Source: an uncultured bacterium (GTDB lineage Bacteria; Acidobacteriota; HRBIN11; JAKEFK01). From it: a stretch of 64,000 bases of DNA. A program made the translations under genes and the position numbers. The notes under the pieces are model-generated. The model searched no databases and was not told the DNA's origin. It worked only from the letters and a program-made list of their open reading frames with translations. Below, in pieces: positions 42,203 to 51,629 of the stretch. The stretch covers positions 96,001 through 160,000 of the forward strand of contig CAVZQN010000006.1 of assembly GCA_963777505.1 (NCBI GenBank). The letters run 5' to 3'. Numbering within the stretch: position 1 is the first letter of the stretch; each line of letters opens with the position of its first letter.

Positions 42203-42580
42203 GTGAGTAAAAGAGACGATCTTTCAGGGTTTATTGATCATGGAGTCCGGGTGATTGGCGAACTCATTTTCCAGAATACATTTCGTATTGATGGAAATTT
42301 TCAGGGCACGATTCGATCGGACGATCTTTTGATTATCGGGGACCAGGGTAATGTCGATGCTGAAATTGAAGTTGGATCACTGTCTGTCAGTGGCATTGTC
42401 AAAGGTAAAATCCTTGCGCGCGAGCGTCTAGAAGTACAAAAGGGCGGAAAAGTTTTCGCTGACGTTTCGACACCTGCGCTTTTTATTGAAGAAGGGGGCG
42501 TACTGCAAGGAAGTTGTGCAGTAGAACGTTCCCAAATAAGTCAGCCCCCCGAGTGGAAAACCGAAAAAGAAACCCACTAA
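42203..42580 (+). CDS. Bactofilin (polymer-forming cytoskeletal protein)
   Basis: Beta-helix pattern GEL..RIDGNFQGTI..LIIG..G.V..V.G.I..IEEGG.LQGSC. Confidence 0.88.
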   Translation: MSKRDDLSGFIDHGVRVIGELIFQNTFRIDGNFQGTIRSDDLLIIGDQGNVDAEIEVGSLSVSGIVKGKILARERLEVQKGGKVFADVSTPALFIEEGGVLQGSCAVERSQISQPPEWKTEKETH

Positions 42581-44016
42581 TCGTTCCTGAATGGTCGGGA
42601 ACTGCCGCATTGTTGGCAGTCGTGCCCTATGCTTTTTTTCTCGCAATTCTGGCGATCCGGTTTTCATCAGCTGCAATTTCTCCAACCGGAGATGAACCTC
42701 ACTATTTGGTTGTAGCGCATAGCCTTGCTGTGGATGGAGATCTTTCTGTTGGGAACAACTACAAACAGCAGGATTACCGATTGTTTTATAAAGGCGATCT
42801 TGCGAAACGTACGAGTCCTTCTGCCGATCGACAACATGAACTGCCTGCTCAAGGACTCGGACTGTCAATCTTTCTTGCACCTTTTTATAAATTCATCCTC
42901 GCGGTTTTCCCACCAGCGCTGGTTGTATTTCTCCGATTAATAATGTGTAGTATTACAACAATAGTATTATATCAATTGATCCAGTGCGCTATCTTTTGCG
43001 ATCTTCCGCCGCGCATTGCGTTCTTCGTCATGTGCGCGGCCGCAGTAGCTTCTCCAATCTTGACTTACAGCAGCCTCTTTTATCCTGAAATTCCTGCAAT
43101 GTTGTTGATCGTTATCGCTCTTCGAAATCTTTTTGAAATGGAAGAACATCGCTGGCGCGCTTTATTCTGGCTCGCATTCGTTCCGGGCGGTCTGCTGTGG
43201 CTTCATCCGAAATATCTCGCACTTTCGCTTTGCATTCTTATAACCGCCGGAATTTTCTTCTATCGGACATTCCGCGTTTACAACCGCAATGGAGCTCTCT
43301 TAGCAGTTTCTTATGCAATCGTATCCGCTTTAGGCATGATTACTTTTTTTCTTTTTCTGCATGATCAATACGGTGGGTGGTCGCCGAATCGGATCTATGC
43401 AGGTTGGGACAAAGCGCCTCAAAGTTTAATGGATTTAATTCGCCAGGAAGGAATCGGCCGCATCGGAACAATGCTCCGGATGAGCATCGGATTATGGATT
43501 GATCAGCGTTTCGGTTTGCTCTCATACGCTCCACTCTATCTACTATTTTTTCCGGGAGTGATTTATGTGCTGCGCATAAAAAGCAGTGTTCGGTTTATGT
43601 TGATCTGGTTTTTTATTCATTTCCTGATCCTTTGTTGGGGTGCGCCTCTGGGAGGTTTTGCCCCGCCTTCAAGACACATGATCGTTCTCCTTCCGATAAT
43701 ATTGATCGTACTCGCTCAAGCATTTTCGGAATATTTTGGTGCACGCAAAGTGTCGGCTTTCATGCTCTTTGGTTTCAGCTGGCTGATCGCAGCTTTCATG
43801 TATCTGGATTTTCGATCCCTATTTACGAATGTTACATGGAGAAATCCTGATGGTATTAGCCCATTCTGGCAGCGTTATGAATTGGAATCATTGATCCCGT
43901 TAACCACTGCGTCTGATCTGAACTGGATACTGATTTTCTGCTGGTGTGTAGTGATCACCGGACTCTCGTGGTTTTTCTATCCACGATCAAAAAGCACACT
44001 TGAGGAGCATTCTTGA
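42553..44016 (+). CDS. GT-C-fold membrane glycosyltransferase, paralog 1
   Basis: PTGDEPHYL after TM1, YPE, HPKY, DQRFG, PPSRH; many TM helices; start uncertain (GTG 42553; ORF opens 42514). Confidence 0.65.
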   Translation: MENRKRNPLIVPEWSGTAALLAVVPYAFFLAILAIRFSSAAISPTGDEPHYLVVAHSLAVDGDLSVGNNYKQQDYRLFYKGDLAKRTSPSADRQHELPAQGLGLSIFLAPFYKFILAVFPPALVVFLRLIMCSITTIVLYQLIQCAIFCDLPPRIAFFVMCAAAVASPILTYSSLFYPEIPAMLLIVIALRNLFEMEEHRWRALFWLAFVPGGLLWLHPKYLALSLCILITAGIFFYRTFRVYNRNGALLAVSYAIVSALGMITFFLFLHDQYGGWSPNRIYAGWDKAPQSLMDLIRQEGIGRIGTMLRMSIGLWIDQRFGLLSYAPLYLLFFPGVIYVLRIKSSVRFMLIWFFIHFLILCWGAPLGGFAPPSRHMIVLLPIILIVLAQAFSEYFGARKVSAFMLFGFSWLIAAFMYLDFRSLFTNVTWRNPDGISPFWQRYELESLIPLTTASDLNWILIFCWCVVITGLSWFFYPRSKSTLEEHS

Positions 44017-44041
44017 TGCCCGGCAGTGTGTGTGCTAGAGT
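44013..44041 (+). promoter_or_regulatory. Possible internal promoter for the lyase-like/methyltransferase/flippase genes
   Basis: TTGATG-17nt-TAGAGT with extended TG. Confidence 0.3.
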
Positions 44042-44068
44042 ACTGGATCTTTGCGCGCGAAAAGCACT

Positions 44069-45733
44069 ATGAATGATTTAAGAAACGTCTATGCATCGAA
44101 GGCGATTTCGCAAATTCCTCGCATTCTAAGTTTGCAGGATCGAAATTCGTTTTCACCAACCTATGGTTGTATGCATCGTGACTACTGGCTTTATAAGACA
44201 TCAGACTTTGCGGACGCAGTCCGGCAATTTGGTGTTCACGCTCTGGCTCTCGTTTATGCCAGAGATTTCCCGGAGAATCCTTACCGAAATCATCCCAAAA
44301 TTCGTGACTGGGCAGTTGCTGCGATGGAATATTGGATTTCCATTCAGCATAAAGATGGATCGTTTGATGAGTTTTATCCGTTTGAACGTGGATGGGTTGG
44401 GCCTACTGCGTTCACAACTTTCACAATGGTTGAAGCATTTAATCTTTTGAAAAACGAAATTTCATCCGATCTTGAATCCCGTTTTAAAGAAACTGTCTCG
44501 CGAGCCGCTCATTTTATTTCAGCAGGCGAGAGTGAAGAAGATCATCTGGCGAATCATCATGCAATGGCATGTCTTGCAGTTTGGAAATCGTATCGTTTAT
44601 TGAATGATTCTAAATTGAAGGATGGCTTTTCGAAAGTGTGGCAAGGATTTCTTCGGTATCATAATGCCAAAGAGGGATGGTCCCGCGAATATGATGGGGT
44701 TGATCCCGGATATCTTTCTGCAACAGTTTCTTTTTTAGGCAAGATTTATGCTGATAATCCTGATCCAGAAATTTATGAAGTATTGAAAAAGTCTGTGGAG
44801 TTTTGCAGTTACTTTGTCTATCCCAACGGCTTCTTTGCAGGAAGCATGGGAAGCCGCAACACACTTCATTTTTATGCGCACGGCTTTGAAATTTTAGGCA
44901 GCAAAATTCCGATGGCTGCTGCAATTGCTGAAAAAATGTTAAAGGGTTTATCGGAAGGGAAACTGGTGCCACCAGAAATTATGTCCGATCGCTATCTTTT
45001 TTACCGTGTGCCGGAATTCTTGCAGGCATATTTGGATTATTCTCCCAGGCCTTCTTCATTGCCGCCGCTGCCATATGAAAGAGAGGAAACTTCATATTTC
45101 CCGGAGTCACGCGTTTATTTTTCGTCAAAGGGAAATCATTCAGTTATAGCCAACCTTGCAAAAGGTGGGGTTGTCAAAGTTTTTGATCGTAAATCCGGGC
45201 GATTGTTGTTGAATGATTGCGGAATTGTAGGAAAGTTATCAGACGGCACGATTGTTACATCACAATGGGTTGATCCAGCTTTTGAAGCGAAAGGTGAAAG
45301 CGATGCATGGGAGGTCTCCGGTTCATTGAATGCAGTGCCTTCTAACAAGTTGTTTACACCGATGAAAAATCTGGTTTTTCGTGGCATTCTTGTAGCGCTT
45401 GGTTGGAGTTCAAAGTTCTCCCACCGATTAAAAGGGGGCATACGAAAATCGTTGATGCTAGGAAGACGCCCTGTAAATGTGCAATTTAAGCGTCAGTTCA
45501 GATGGCTGAACAATTCGATTGAAGTAACAACGGAAATTTGGTCTTCTGGCGGAACACCGGTCGATACTCTTTCGGTGGGTGATGAATTTTTTGTGCGCTA
45601 TGTACCGCAAAGCCGGTTTTTTCAAATGCAAGAACTTGATACTCAAGGATATGCTTTGACAAAGGATGAAATTTCAAAAATAAATCGCGGCGATCGCGTT
45701 AAGATCATTTCCACTGCGGGAGAAAAAGTATGA
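44069..45733 (+). CDS. Conserved hypothetical cytoplasmic protein, alpha/alpha-toroid (heparinase II/III- or epimerase-like)
   Basis: QHKDGSF, HLANHH, EGWSREYDGVDPGY, PNG motifs followed by a beta-rich C-terminus; no signal peptide; function inferred only. Confidence 0.5.
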   Translation: MNDLRNVYASKAISQIPRILSLQDRNSFSPTYGCMHRDYWLYKTSDFADAVRQFGVHALALVYARDFPENPYRNHPKIRDWAVAAMEYWISIQHKDGSFDEFYPFERGWVGPTAFTTFTMVEAFNLLKNEISSDLESRFKETVSRAAHFISAGESEEDHLANHHAMACLAVWKSYRLLNDSKLKDGFSKVWQGFLRYHNAKEGWSREYDGVDPGYLSATVSFLGKIYADNPDPEIYEVLKKSVEFCSYFVYPNGFFAGSMGSRNTLHFYAHGFEILGSKIPMAAAIAEKMLKGLSEGKLVPPEIMSDRYLFYRVPEFLQAYLDYSPRPSSLPPLPYEREETSYFPESRVYFSSKGNHSVIANLAKGGVVKVFDRKSGRLLLNDCGIVGKLSDGTIVTSQWVDPAFEAKGESDAWEVSGSLNAVPSNKLFTPMKNLVFRGILVALGWSSKFSHRLKGGIRKSLMLGRRPVNVQFKRQFRWLNNSIEVTTEIWSSGGTPVDTLSVGDEFFVRYVPQSRFFQMQELDTQGYALTKDEISKINRGDRVKIISTAGEKV

Positions 45734-46434
45734 GTGGTCATCATCATTCGCATGGAGACGGAAATCTTCCGCACGGTGTTTACGATGTCGATTATTATCA
45801 TGGCCGGCAAAAGAAAAAGCAGCTTGTGTACAGGCTAAAACGCCGCACGGATGAAGTAGAGCGCGCACTTCGTACATACGGTGACGGTAAGTTAAACCTG
45901 ATCATCGATGTTGGAACCGCAGATGGTTTGATGATGGAAAATCTTCGGCAACGGATGGGACAGCTTCGCTTCGTTGGTATTGATTACAGTATCGGATTAT
46001 TGAAAGCTGTGAATTTGCCAGGCGTTTTCAAAGTCCAAGCGGATGCTGCAAAGCTGCCTGTGCAATCAGGAATTGCTGATGCCGTTGTTGCAACCGCAAT
46101 CATTGAACATGTTCCTGATCCTCCTGCAATGATGCGCGAATGTGGAAGGCTGCTTCGTCCGGGGGGACTGCTTGTGATTACAACTCCGGCGCCATTCATG
46201 GAAAAAGTTGCATCAGCGCTTGGTATTTGGAAAGAAGGCGGGCACGATACAACTCTGAACTTAAAACAACTTAGCCAGATGGCTCGGGAAAATGGATATA
46301 AAGTGATGGAATCTTCAAAATTCATGTTTTCACCTGTCGGTTTTCCTGCAGAAAAAACCATCGAAAAAATTCTGGGTCCAATTGGATTGCGTCTTGTTAT
46401 GGCCAATCAATTGCTTGTAGCACGAAGAGGTTAG
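45730..46434 (+). CDS. Class I SAM-dependent methyltransferase
   Basis: IIDVGTADG, GIDYS, ADA..LP, IEHV, LRPGG. Confidence 0.88.
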   Translation: MSGHHHSHGDGNLPHGVYDVDYYHGRQKKKQLVYRLKRRTDEVERALRTYGDGKLNLIIDVGTADGLMMENLRQRMGQLRFVGIDYSIGLLKAVNLPGVFKVQADAAKLPVQSGIADAVVATAIIEHVPDPPAMMRECGRLLRPGGLLVITTPAPFMEKVASALGIWKEGGHDTTLNLKQLSQMARENGYKVMESSKFMFSPVGFPAEKTIEKILGPIGLRLVMANQLLVARRG

Positions 46435-46435
46435 G

Positions 46436-47386
46436 GTGCGGGTCCGCGCTGGATGGCTCCGGTTCGCGGGATTGCTTCTTCTTGGTTTTCTGATCTGGAA
46501 GCTTGATGCTTCGGCAGTTTATACAGCAATCCAAAATATTCAACCTTTATATCTTGTAGCCGCCATTCTTCTAAACATCCCACAAATTTTTACAAAGGCT
46601 CTTCGATGGCGTTACTTAATGATGGCTCAGGGGATTCAATACAGTACTTCATCATCAGTACTTGCGTACTTTGGAAGCATCTTTATCGGACTTCTCACAC
46701 CTGGCCGGCTTGGTGAATTCGTCAAAACAGTTCATGTCAGCCGTGATTGCGGAATTCCTGCAGCTCGCGCTTTCTCAAGCGTCCTTGTTGACAGACTATT
46801 TGATTTATATGCTTTGCTGCTTTTTGGATCCGCCGCAATTTTTTCGACAACCCAGCAGCAAAGTACCGCGCTTTTGTTTGCCGAAGCGGCTCTCTTGCTA
46901 GTCTTGCCGATTCTTGCAATTTTGCACCGTGGAACATTCGAATCTCTCCAGGCGCTGGCTCTGAAAACAGGAAAAATCGGTGCGAAATTGTTTGGCGAGG
47001 GATCCTGGCTTCATGAATTGCGGTTGTATTTGATATCGCTTCGATGGATCCATATTTTGATTGCAGTCTTTTTTACGGTGATAGCATATGCATTGTTTTT
47101 CACCCAGTGTTATTTGCTCGCTCGGGGAATGGATCTACGTGTGCCATTTCTTACAATTTGTTTTGCTGTATCGCTGGGAAGTCTTGTTACACTGATTCCG
47201 ATTTCAATCTCTGGATTAGGGACCCGTGAAGCTGTGATGATTGCATATTTAGGACGACATGGCGTTTCTCCTGAATTAAGCCTCGGGTATTCGCTCTTAA
47301 TTTTTGTTACTTTTTATCTGGCAGGTGGAATCATCGGAGCTGTCGCATGGCTCATAAAGCCTGCACCGTTAAACCGTGAAACTTAA
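46436..47386 (+). CDS. Flippase-like / lysylphosphatidylglycerol-synthase TM domain protein (UPF0104)
   Basis: ALRW, TPGRLGE, VDRLFD, PISISGLGTREA. Confidence 0.85.
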   Translation: MRVRAGWLRFAGLLLLGFLIWKLDASAVYTAIQNIQPLYLVAAILLNIPQIFTKALRWRYLMMAQGIQYSTSSSVLAYFGSIFIGLLTPGRLGEFVKTVHVSRDCGIPAARAFSSVLVDRLFDLYALLLFGSAAIFSTTQQQSTALLFAEAALLLVLPILAILHRGTFESLQALALKTGKIGAKLFGEGSWLHELRLYLISLRWIHILIAVFFTVIAYALFFTQCYLLARGMDLRVPFLTICFAVSLGSLVTLIPISISGLGTREAVMIAYLGRHGVSPELSLGYSLLIFVTFYLAGGIIGAVAWLIKPAPLNRET

Positions 47387-48785
47387 TATGACACCGCGTT
47401 TGTTTTCCGCTGCGCTGTTTATAGCGTTTTGCCTAATTTGTTTGACTATTACAAATCCACGCATGCCGCCTACCGGTGATGAACCTCATTATTTAATGGC
47501 GGCTCACAGTCTGGCAATTGAAGGCGACCTTTCTTTACGTGACAACTATGTCAATCGTGATTACCGTGTTTTTTATCCAGGCGAATTAGCAAAACGTACA
47601 ACGTTCAATCCTGATCGTTCAAAGGAACTTCCTGCATTCAGTCCAGGTTTGTCATTTTTCCTTACACCGTTTTATTATCTTGCTTATCATTACTTCCCTT
47701 CTTTTCTGGTTGCATTTCTAAGATGTCTGATTTGCGCAATCACTGCTCTAGCGCTGCATCAATTGATGTTGTTTTTTCATGATCTGTCAGGATCTACAAA
47801 AGGAATTATCCCAATCATTCCTGCATTCGCACTGGCATCGCCAATTCTTACGTACTCCAATCATTTTTATCCAGAAGTTCTTGGATGTTTTCTTGTTGTT
47901 GTTGCATTAAGAGAATTTCATACTGCCGAAGGTAAACCATGGCGATGCGCTATCATCCTTGCACTGATCTCTACAGCTCTAATGTGGGTGCATCCAAAAT
48001 ATCTCGCCCTTTCAATCATTTTGTTCTTCCTGGGAGTTCGCCGGTTATCGATTGCATCGCGAAATCATGAAGCTTCATTGACGGGAGTCAGGATTCTTCA
48101 TGCCGTTCTTTCAGTCGTGGGAATATTTTCATTCTTTTGGTTTTTGCATTCTGAATATGGAAGTTGGTCTCCGAATCGTATTTATGGCGGCGCTCAGAAG
48201 GAAACAAGCCTTTTTGAATTGCTTACGAAAGAAGGCTTTGATCGCGTTTTAGTCATGCTTCGCATGATACCGGGATATTTTTTGGATCAGCGTTTTGGAA
48301 TCATTTTATATGCGCCTGCCTATGTTGCATTCTTTCCGGCATTACTTTGGAGCATTCACAAAGAGGGAACCAAACTAACGCCATTGATCATTTTGTTTTC
48401 AGCACATTTCTTATTGTTGTCATGGGGCGCACAAATGGGAGGTTATGCTCCGCCTTCCAGACATTTTGTTGTGATGGTTCCATTCTTAATCATTCCAATC
48501 TTGCTAACTTTTTCTTCATGGAGCCGCTTCCAGAAAGGATTGTATTTGTCGCTTGCCGCAATTGGTTGGTGCATCGCGGCACTCATCCTGATGAATTACA
48601 GGCTTATTTATACAAATGCGACCTGGCGTAATCCGGATGGCTACAGCGAGTTCTGGCAACATTTTGGATTGGAGCACATTCTTCCGCGCTTTACTTCATC
48701 CCCGCCCGATTATGCTCTTGCTGCTGTTTGGATTGCTACTGCTGCCGTATTAGGCTTCCTCCTTTATCCTCGTGCTAAGACTTAG
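47376..48785 (+). CDS. GT-C-fold membrane glycosyltransferase, paralog 2
   Basis: Shares PTGDEPHYL, ASPILTYS, HPKYLALS, WSPNRIY, DQRFG, APPSRH, TWRNPDG with paralog 1. Confidence 0.65.
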   Translation: MKLNMTPRLFSAALFIAFCLICLTITNPRMPPTGDEPHYLMAAHSLAIEGDLSLRDNYVNRDYRVFYPGELAKRTTFNPDRSKELPAFSPGLSFFLTPFYYLAYHYFPSFLVAFLRCLICAITALALHQLMLFFHDLSGSTKGIIPIIPAFALASPILTYSNHFYPEVLGCFLVVVALREFHTAEGKPWRCAIILALISTALMWVHPKYLALSIILFFLGVRRLSIASRNHEASLTGVRILHAVLSVVGIFSFFWFLHSEYGSWSPNRIYGGAQKETSLFELLTKEGFDRVLVMLRMIPGYFLDQRFGIILYAPAYVAFFPALLWSIHKEGTKLTPLIILFSAHFLLLSWGAQMGGYAPPSRHFVVMVPFLIIPILLTFSSWSRFQKGLYLSLAAIGWCIAALILMNYRLIYTNATWRNPDGYSEFWQHFGLEHILPRFTSSPPDYALAAVWIATAAVLGFLLYPRAKT

Positions 48786-49443
48786 CGACTCTGCGGTTCT
48801 CCAATTCCCGGATTGCATCCGCAGCAATCCATCGCGCTGAACTAGAATCCTGTTTGGCAATTTCTTTCGCTGTCCGTAGTGCTTCCCTATGCAGAATTGC
48901 ATTTCGCTTTCCGATCTGCCGAAGAGCCCAATTCACAGCTTTTTTGACAAAATTGCGGGAGTCGTCTGCTGATCGCTTAATGATCGTGAGGAATTTCTTG
49001 AAATTCTTATCCGTAGCTTTCTTATCATGAACAGCAAGTCCTGCCATTAAGGCAAAGGCAGCTCGTTTCACAAATTCTTCTTTTCGAATGCTCCATTCTT
49101 CCGCTTTTGAATACGCAAATGACGTCTTATCAAATAAATTAAAGCAGCATTGATCGCAGACATCCCATGAGTCAAAATCTTTGACCCAGCGATTCATCAT
49201 TCCGGGTGTAACCATCTTTGGATCAGCCACCAGAGCTGCCAAAATTCTTGCTTCATGAATTCCGGAATCCCAAAGTCTTAATGCAAGAGGATGATCCTTC
49301 CGTATTTCCCTTGCGAGTTGACGGATGACCGGCATTGGAATTCCAAGCGTATCCTTACTGCTGATTCCAAAGCGTGCCATTCCTTTTACATTTGCAGGAT
49401 TTTTCATCGATTTCATTCGTTTGATCACTGCATCGTAATCCAT
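48775..49443 (-). CDS. DNA alkylation repair protein (AlkD-like HEAT-repeat glycosylase)
   Basis: LW.SG.HEAR, FDSWDVCD, EEFVKRA, NFVKKAVNWALRQIGK. Confidence 0.88.
   Translation of the reverse strand: MDYDAVIKRMKSMKNPANVKGMARFGISSKDTLGIPMPVIRQLAREIRKDHPLALRLWDSGIHEARILAALVADPKMVTPGMMNRWVKDFDSWDVCDQCCFNLFDKTSFAYSKAEEWSIRKEEFVKRAAFALMAGLAVHDKKATDKNFKKFLTIIKRSADDSRNFVKKAVNWALRQIGKRNAILHREALRTAKEIAKQDSSSARWIAADAIRELENRRVAKS
48781..48798 (+). repeat. Family-A repeat copy overlapping the convergent gene ends
   Basis: CTTAGCGACTCTGCGGTT; its reverse complement encodes the NRRVAK tail of the AlkD-like protein. Confidence 0.45.
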
Positions 49444-49496
49444 TCATCCTCCTTCATTTACGGGCGATCACCTCGTATTGACCTCGATAATACCGT

Positions 49497-50825
49497 ATGT
49501 TAGATTACTTGCTTCCAAATGACGCGAAGGTCGGTAGTGTGGAACACGGAATTACTCACGAAGTTACGGTCCTGATCCTTCAACTGGCATTTATTCTTCT
49601 AATTGCCCGCATTTCCGGAGAGATCTTTGAAAGATATTTTAAGCAGCCTAGTGTGCTCGGGGAGCTGATTGCCGGGATGATTTTTGGTCCTTATCTTCTT
49701 GGCGCCGATATATGGTTTCCAGGCTTAGGAAATTTATTTCCGTCTCTACCGCCGGACTCATTAGAGGCGCGATCCAATATTCCTATTTCGTTTCCTCTTT
49801 ATGCAATTGGCCAGGTATCTTCAGTAATTCTGCTTTTTATGGCCGGATTGGAAACAAATCTCGCAAGTTTCTTACGTTTTGCAGGACGTGCCGGCATCGT
49901 AGGAGCCGCGGGAATTGTGATTCCGTTTATTGCTGGAGCATTTGTAACTGTGTGGTTTGGACATGCTGTTGGATTCTTGGATGGTTCCGCTCTATTTATG
50001 GGAGCAATCCTTGCGGCAACTTCAGTAGGAATAACGGCCCGGGTGCTAAGTGAAATAAAAAAGCTCGATACACCTGAAGGAATTACGATTCTTGGCGCAG
50101 CAGTTGTCGATGATGTTTTAGGAATTTTGGTTCTGGCAATCGTTGTTAATCTGGCTGAATCCGGCACAATCAGCCTTTCTGCTGTGGGGCTTACTGCGTT
50201 GAAAGCACTTGGAATCTGGATTGGTATGTCGGCATTTTTTATTTACACTGCACCATGGCTCGCGCGGCTCTGGTCCTGGTTTCGTACACCCGGCAGCAGT
50301 TTAGTGCTGACACTGTTTGCGTGTTTTCTTGCCGCTGCAATCTGTGAAACGGTAGGATTGGCTCTTATTATTGGAGCCTATGTTGTTGGCCTTGCTTTTT
50401 CTAATACTCCGATTGCTGAGAAGATGATTGAAGAAATGAAAGGCGTCTATCACATTTTTGTTCCAGTATTTTTTGTATTATTAGGGATGCTTGTTAATTT
50501 CGATTCGATGAAGCATGCGATTTCTTTTGGACTCGCGATTTCTTTGGTAGCAATTGTTGGCAAATTAATTGGTTGTGGCATCGCAGCACTGGGTTGCGGT
50601 TTTAACTTTTTGGGCTCAAGTAGAATCGGTATTGGAATGATCCCTCGCGGAGAAGTTGCGTTGATTATTGCAGGTTATGGGCTCACAAGAGGAGTCGTTG
50701 ACAAGGATATGTTTGGGGTTGCTATTATGATGACAATTGTTACAACTTTCCTGGCTCCAATTTTCCTTGTCCCAGTTTTTAGAATTCCTGGAAAAGGTTT
50801 GCGAGGAGAGATATTTGCAAATTAA
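49497..50825 (+). CDS. CPA2 family cation:proton antiporter (NapA-like)
   Basis: QPSVLGEL, LFMAGLE, ATSVGIT, GAAVVDDVLG, PVFF, GMIPRGEV. Confidence 0.9.
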   Translation: MLDYLLPNDAKVGSVEHGITHEVTVLILQLAFILLIARISGEIFERYFKQPSVLGELIAGMIFGPYLLGADIWFPGLGNLFPSLPPDSLEARSNIPISFPLYAIGQVSSVILLFMAGLETNLASFLRFAGRAGIVGAAGIVIPFIAGAFVTVWFGHAVGFLDGSALFMGAILAATSVGITARVLSEIKKLDTPEGITILGAAVVDDVLGILVLAIVVNLAESGTISLSAVGLTALKALGIWIGMSAFFIYTAPWLARLWSWFRTPGSSLVLTLFACFLAAAICETVGLALIIGAYVVGLAFSNTPIAEKMIEEMKGVYHIFVPVFFVLLGMLVNFDSMKHAISFGLAISLVAIVGKLIGCGIAALGCGFNFLGSSRIGIGMIPRGEVALIIAGYGLTRGVVDKDMFGVAIMMTIVTTFLAPIFLVPVFRIPGKGLRGEIFAN

Positions 50826-51156
50826 CGTTCGCGGTCCTGAATCTTTTTTGGAAGAATTTCGCCTCCGTTTGGAAGATGAATTAGAGAAAAATGGTTACCA
50901 GAAAGGTCCAAAAGTAGGCTACGTAGAATCGGGACATATGGAAACGTATCTGAAGGGTGAAACGATCTTGAGCTTGCAGACTCAAGAGTCCGATTCGGGG
51001 GAAGCATCACTCCATCTTGAATCAGAAGAAGAAATCGCGAACATAAAAGAGATGTGGGATACAGCTGTGATTAAATATGGAAAGGAGTTAATTCAGCGAG
51101 TTCAAGCAATCGCACAGAATCCTTCCTTGATTGAAAAGGAATTGAAGCAGCCTTAA
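50815..51156 (+). CDS. Hypothetical acidic protein coupled to the antiporter
   Basis: GAGGAG SD then TTG at 50815 overlapping the antiporter stop; fills gap before atpF'. Confidence 0.6.
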   Translation: MQINVRGPESFLEEFRLRLEDELEKNGYQKGPKVGYVESGHMETYLKGETILSLQTQESDSGEASLHLESEEEIANIKEMWDTAVIKYGKELIQRVQAIAQNPSLIEKELKQP

Positions 51157-51173
51157 ATTACGCGCGAGGAAAT

Positions 51174-51629
51174 ATGGAAATTTTTCCAAATTGGACTTTT
51201 ATTCCGGTCGTTATACTGTTGTTGATTTTCGTATTCATCGCCCGCCGCTTATTCTTTCTTCCGATGAGCAATGTACTGGAGGAACGTCACCGCAGAATTG
51301 AAGGGGCTCATACTGAAGCAGAACAAATTCGAGAGACATCCCAAAAGATGCTTTCAGAGTTTGATCGGAAGATGCGTGACGCTCGTCGCGAATCGGATCA
51401 GCAAATGGCCCAGCAAACTGCCGATGCGATGCAGGAGAGGAACCGCATTGTCTCAGGAAAAAGAACGGAAGTTCAAGAAATGCTAATGCAGTCCAAGGAA
51501 GAAATTTTGAAAAAGAAAGAAGAAGCAAGAGGAAGACTTCAAAACCTCAAAGATGAATTTGCGCGTCTGATTGCGTCACGAATTTTGAAGCGTCCTGTAG
51601 ATGGAAAACAACCAGGTAAATCAGCATGA
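51174..51629 (+). CDS. atpF2: ATP synthase F0 subunit b'
   Basis: TM then LFFLPM..VL.ER..RI.G, coiled coil; synteny. Confidence 0.88.
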   Translation: MEIFPNWTFIPVVILLLIFVFIARRLFFLPMSNVLEERHRRIEGAHTEAEQIRETSQKMLSEFDRKMRDARRESDQQMAQQTADAMQERNRIVSGKRTEVQEMLMQSKEEILKKKEEARGRLQNLKDEFARLIASRILKRPVDGKQPGKSA

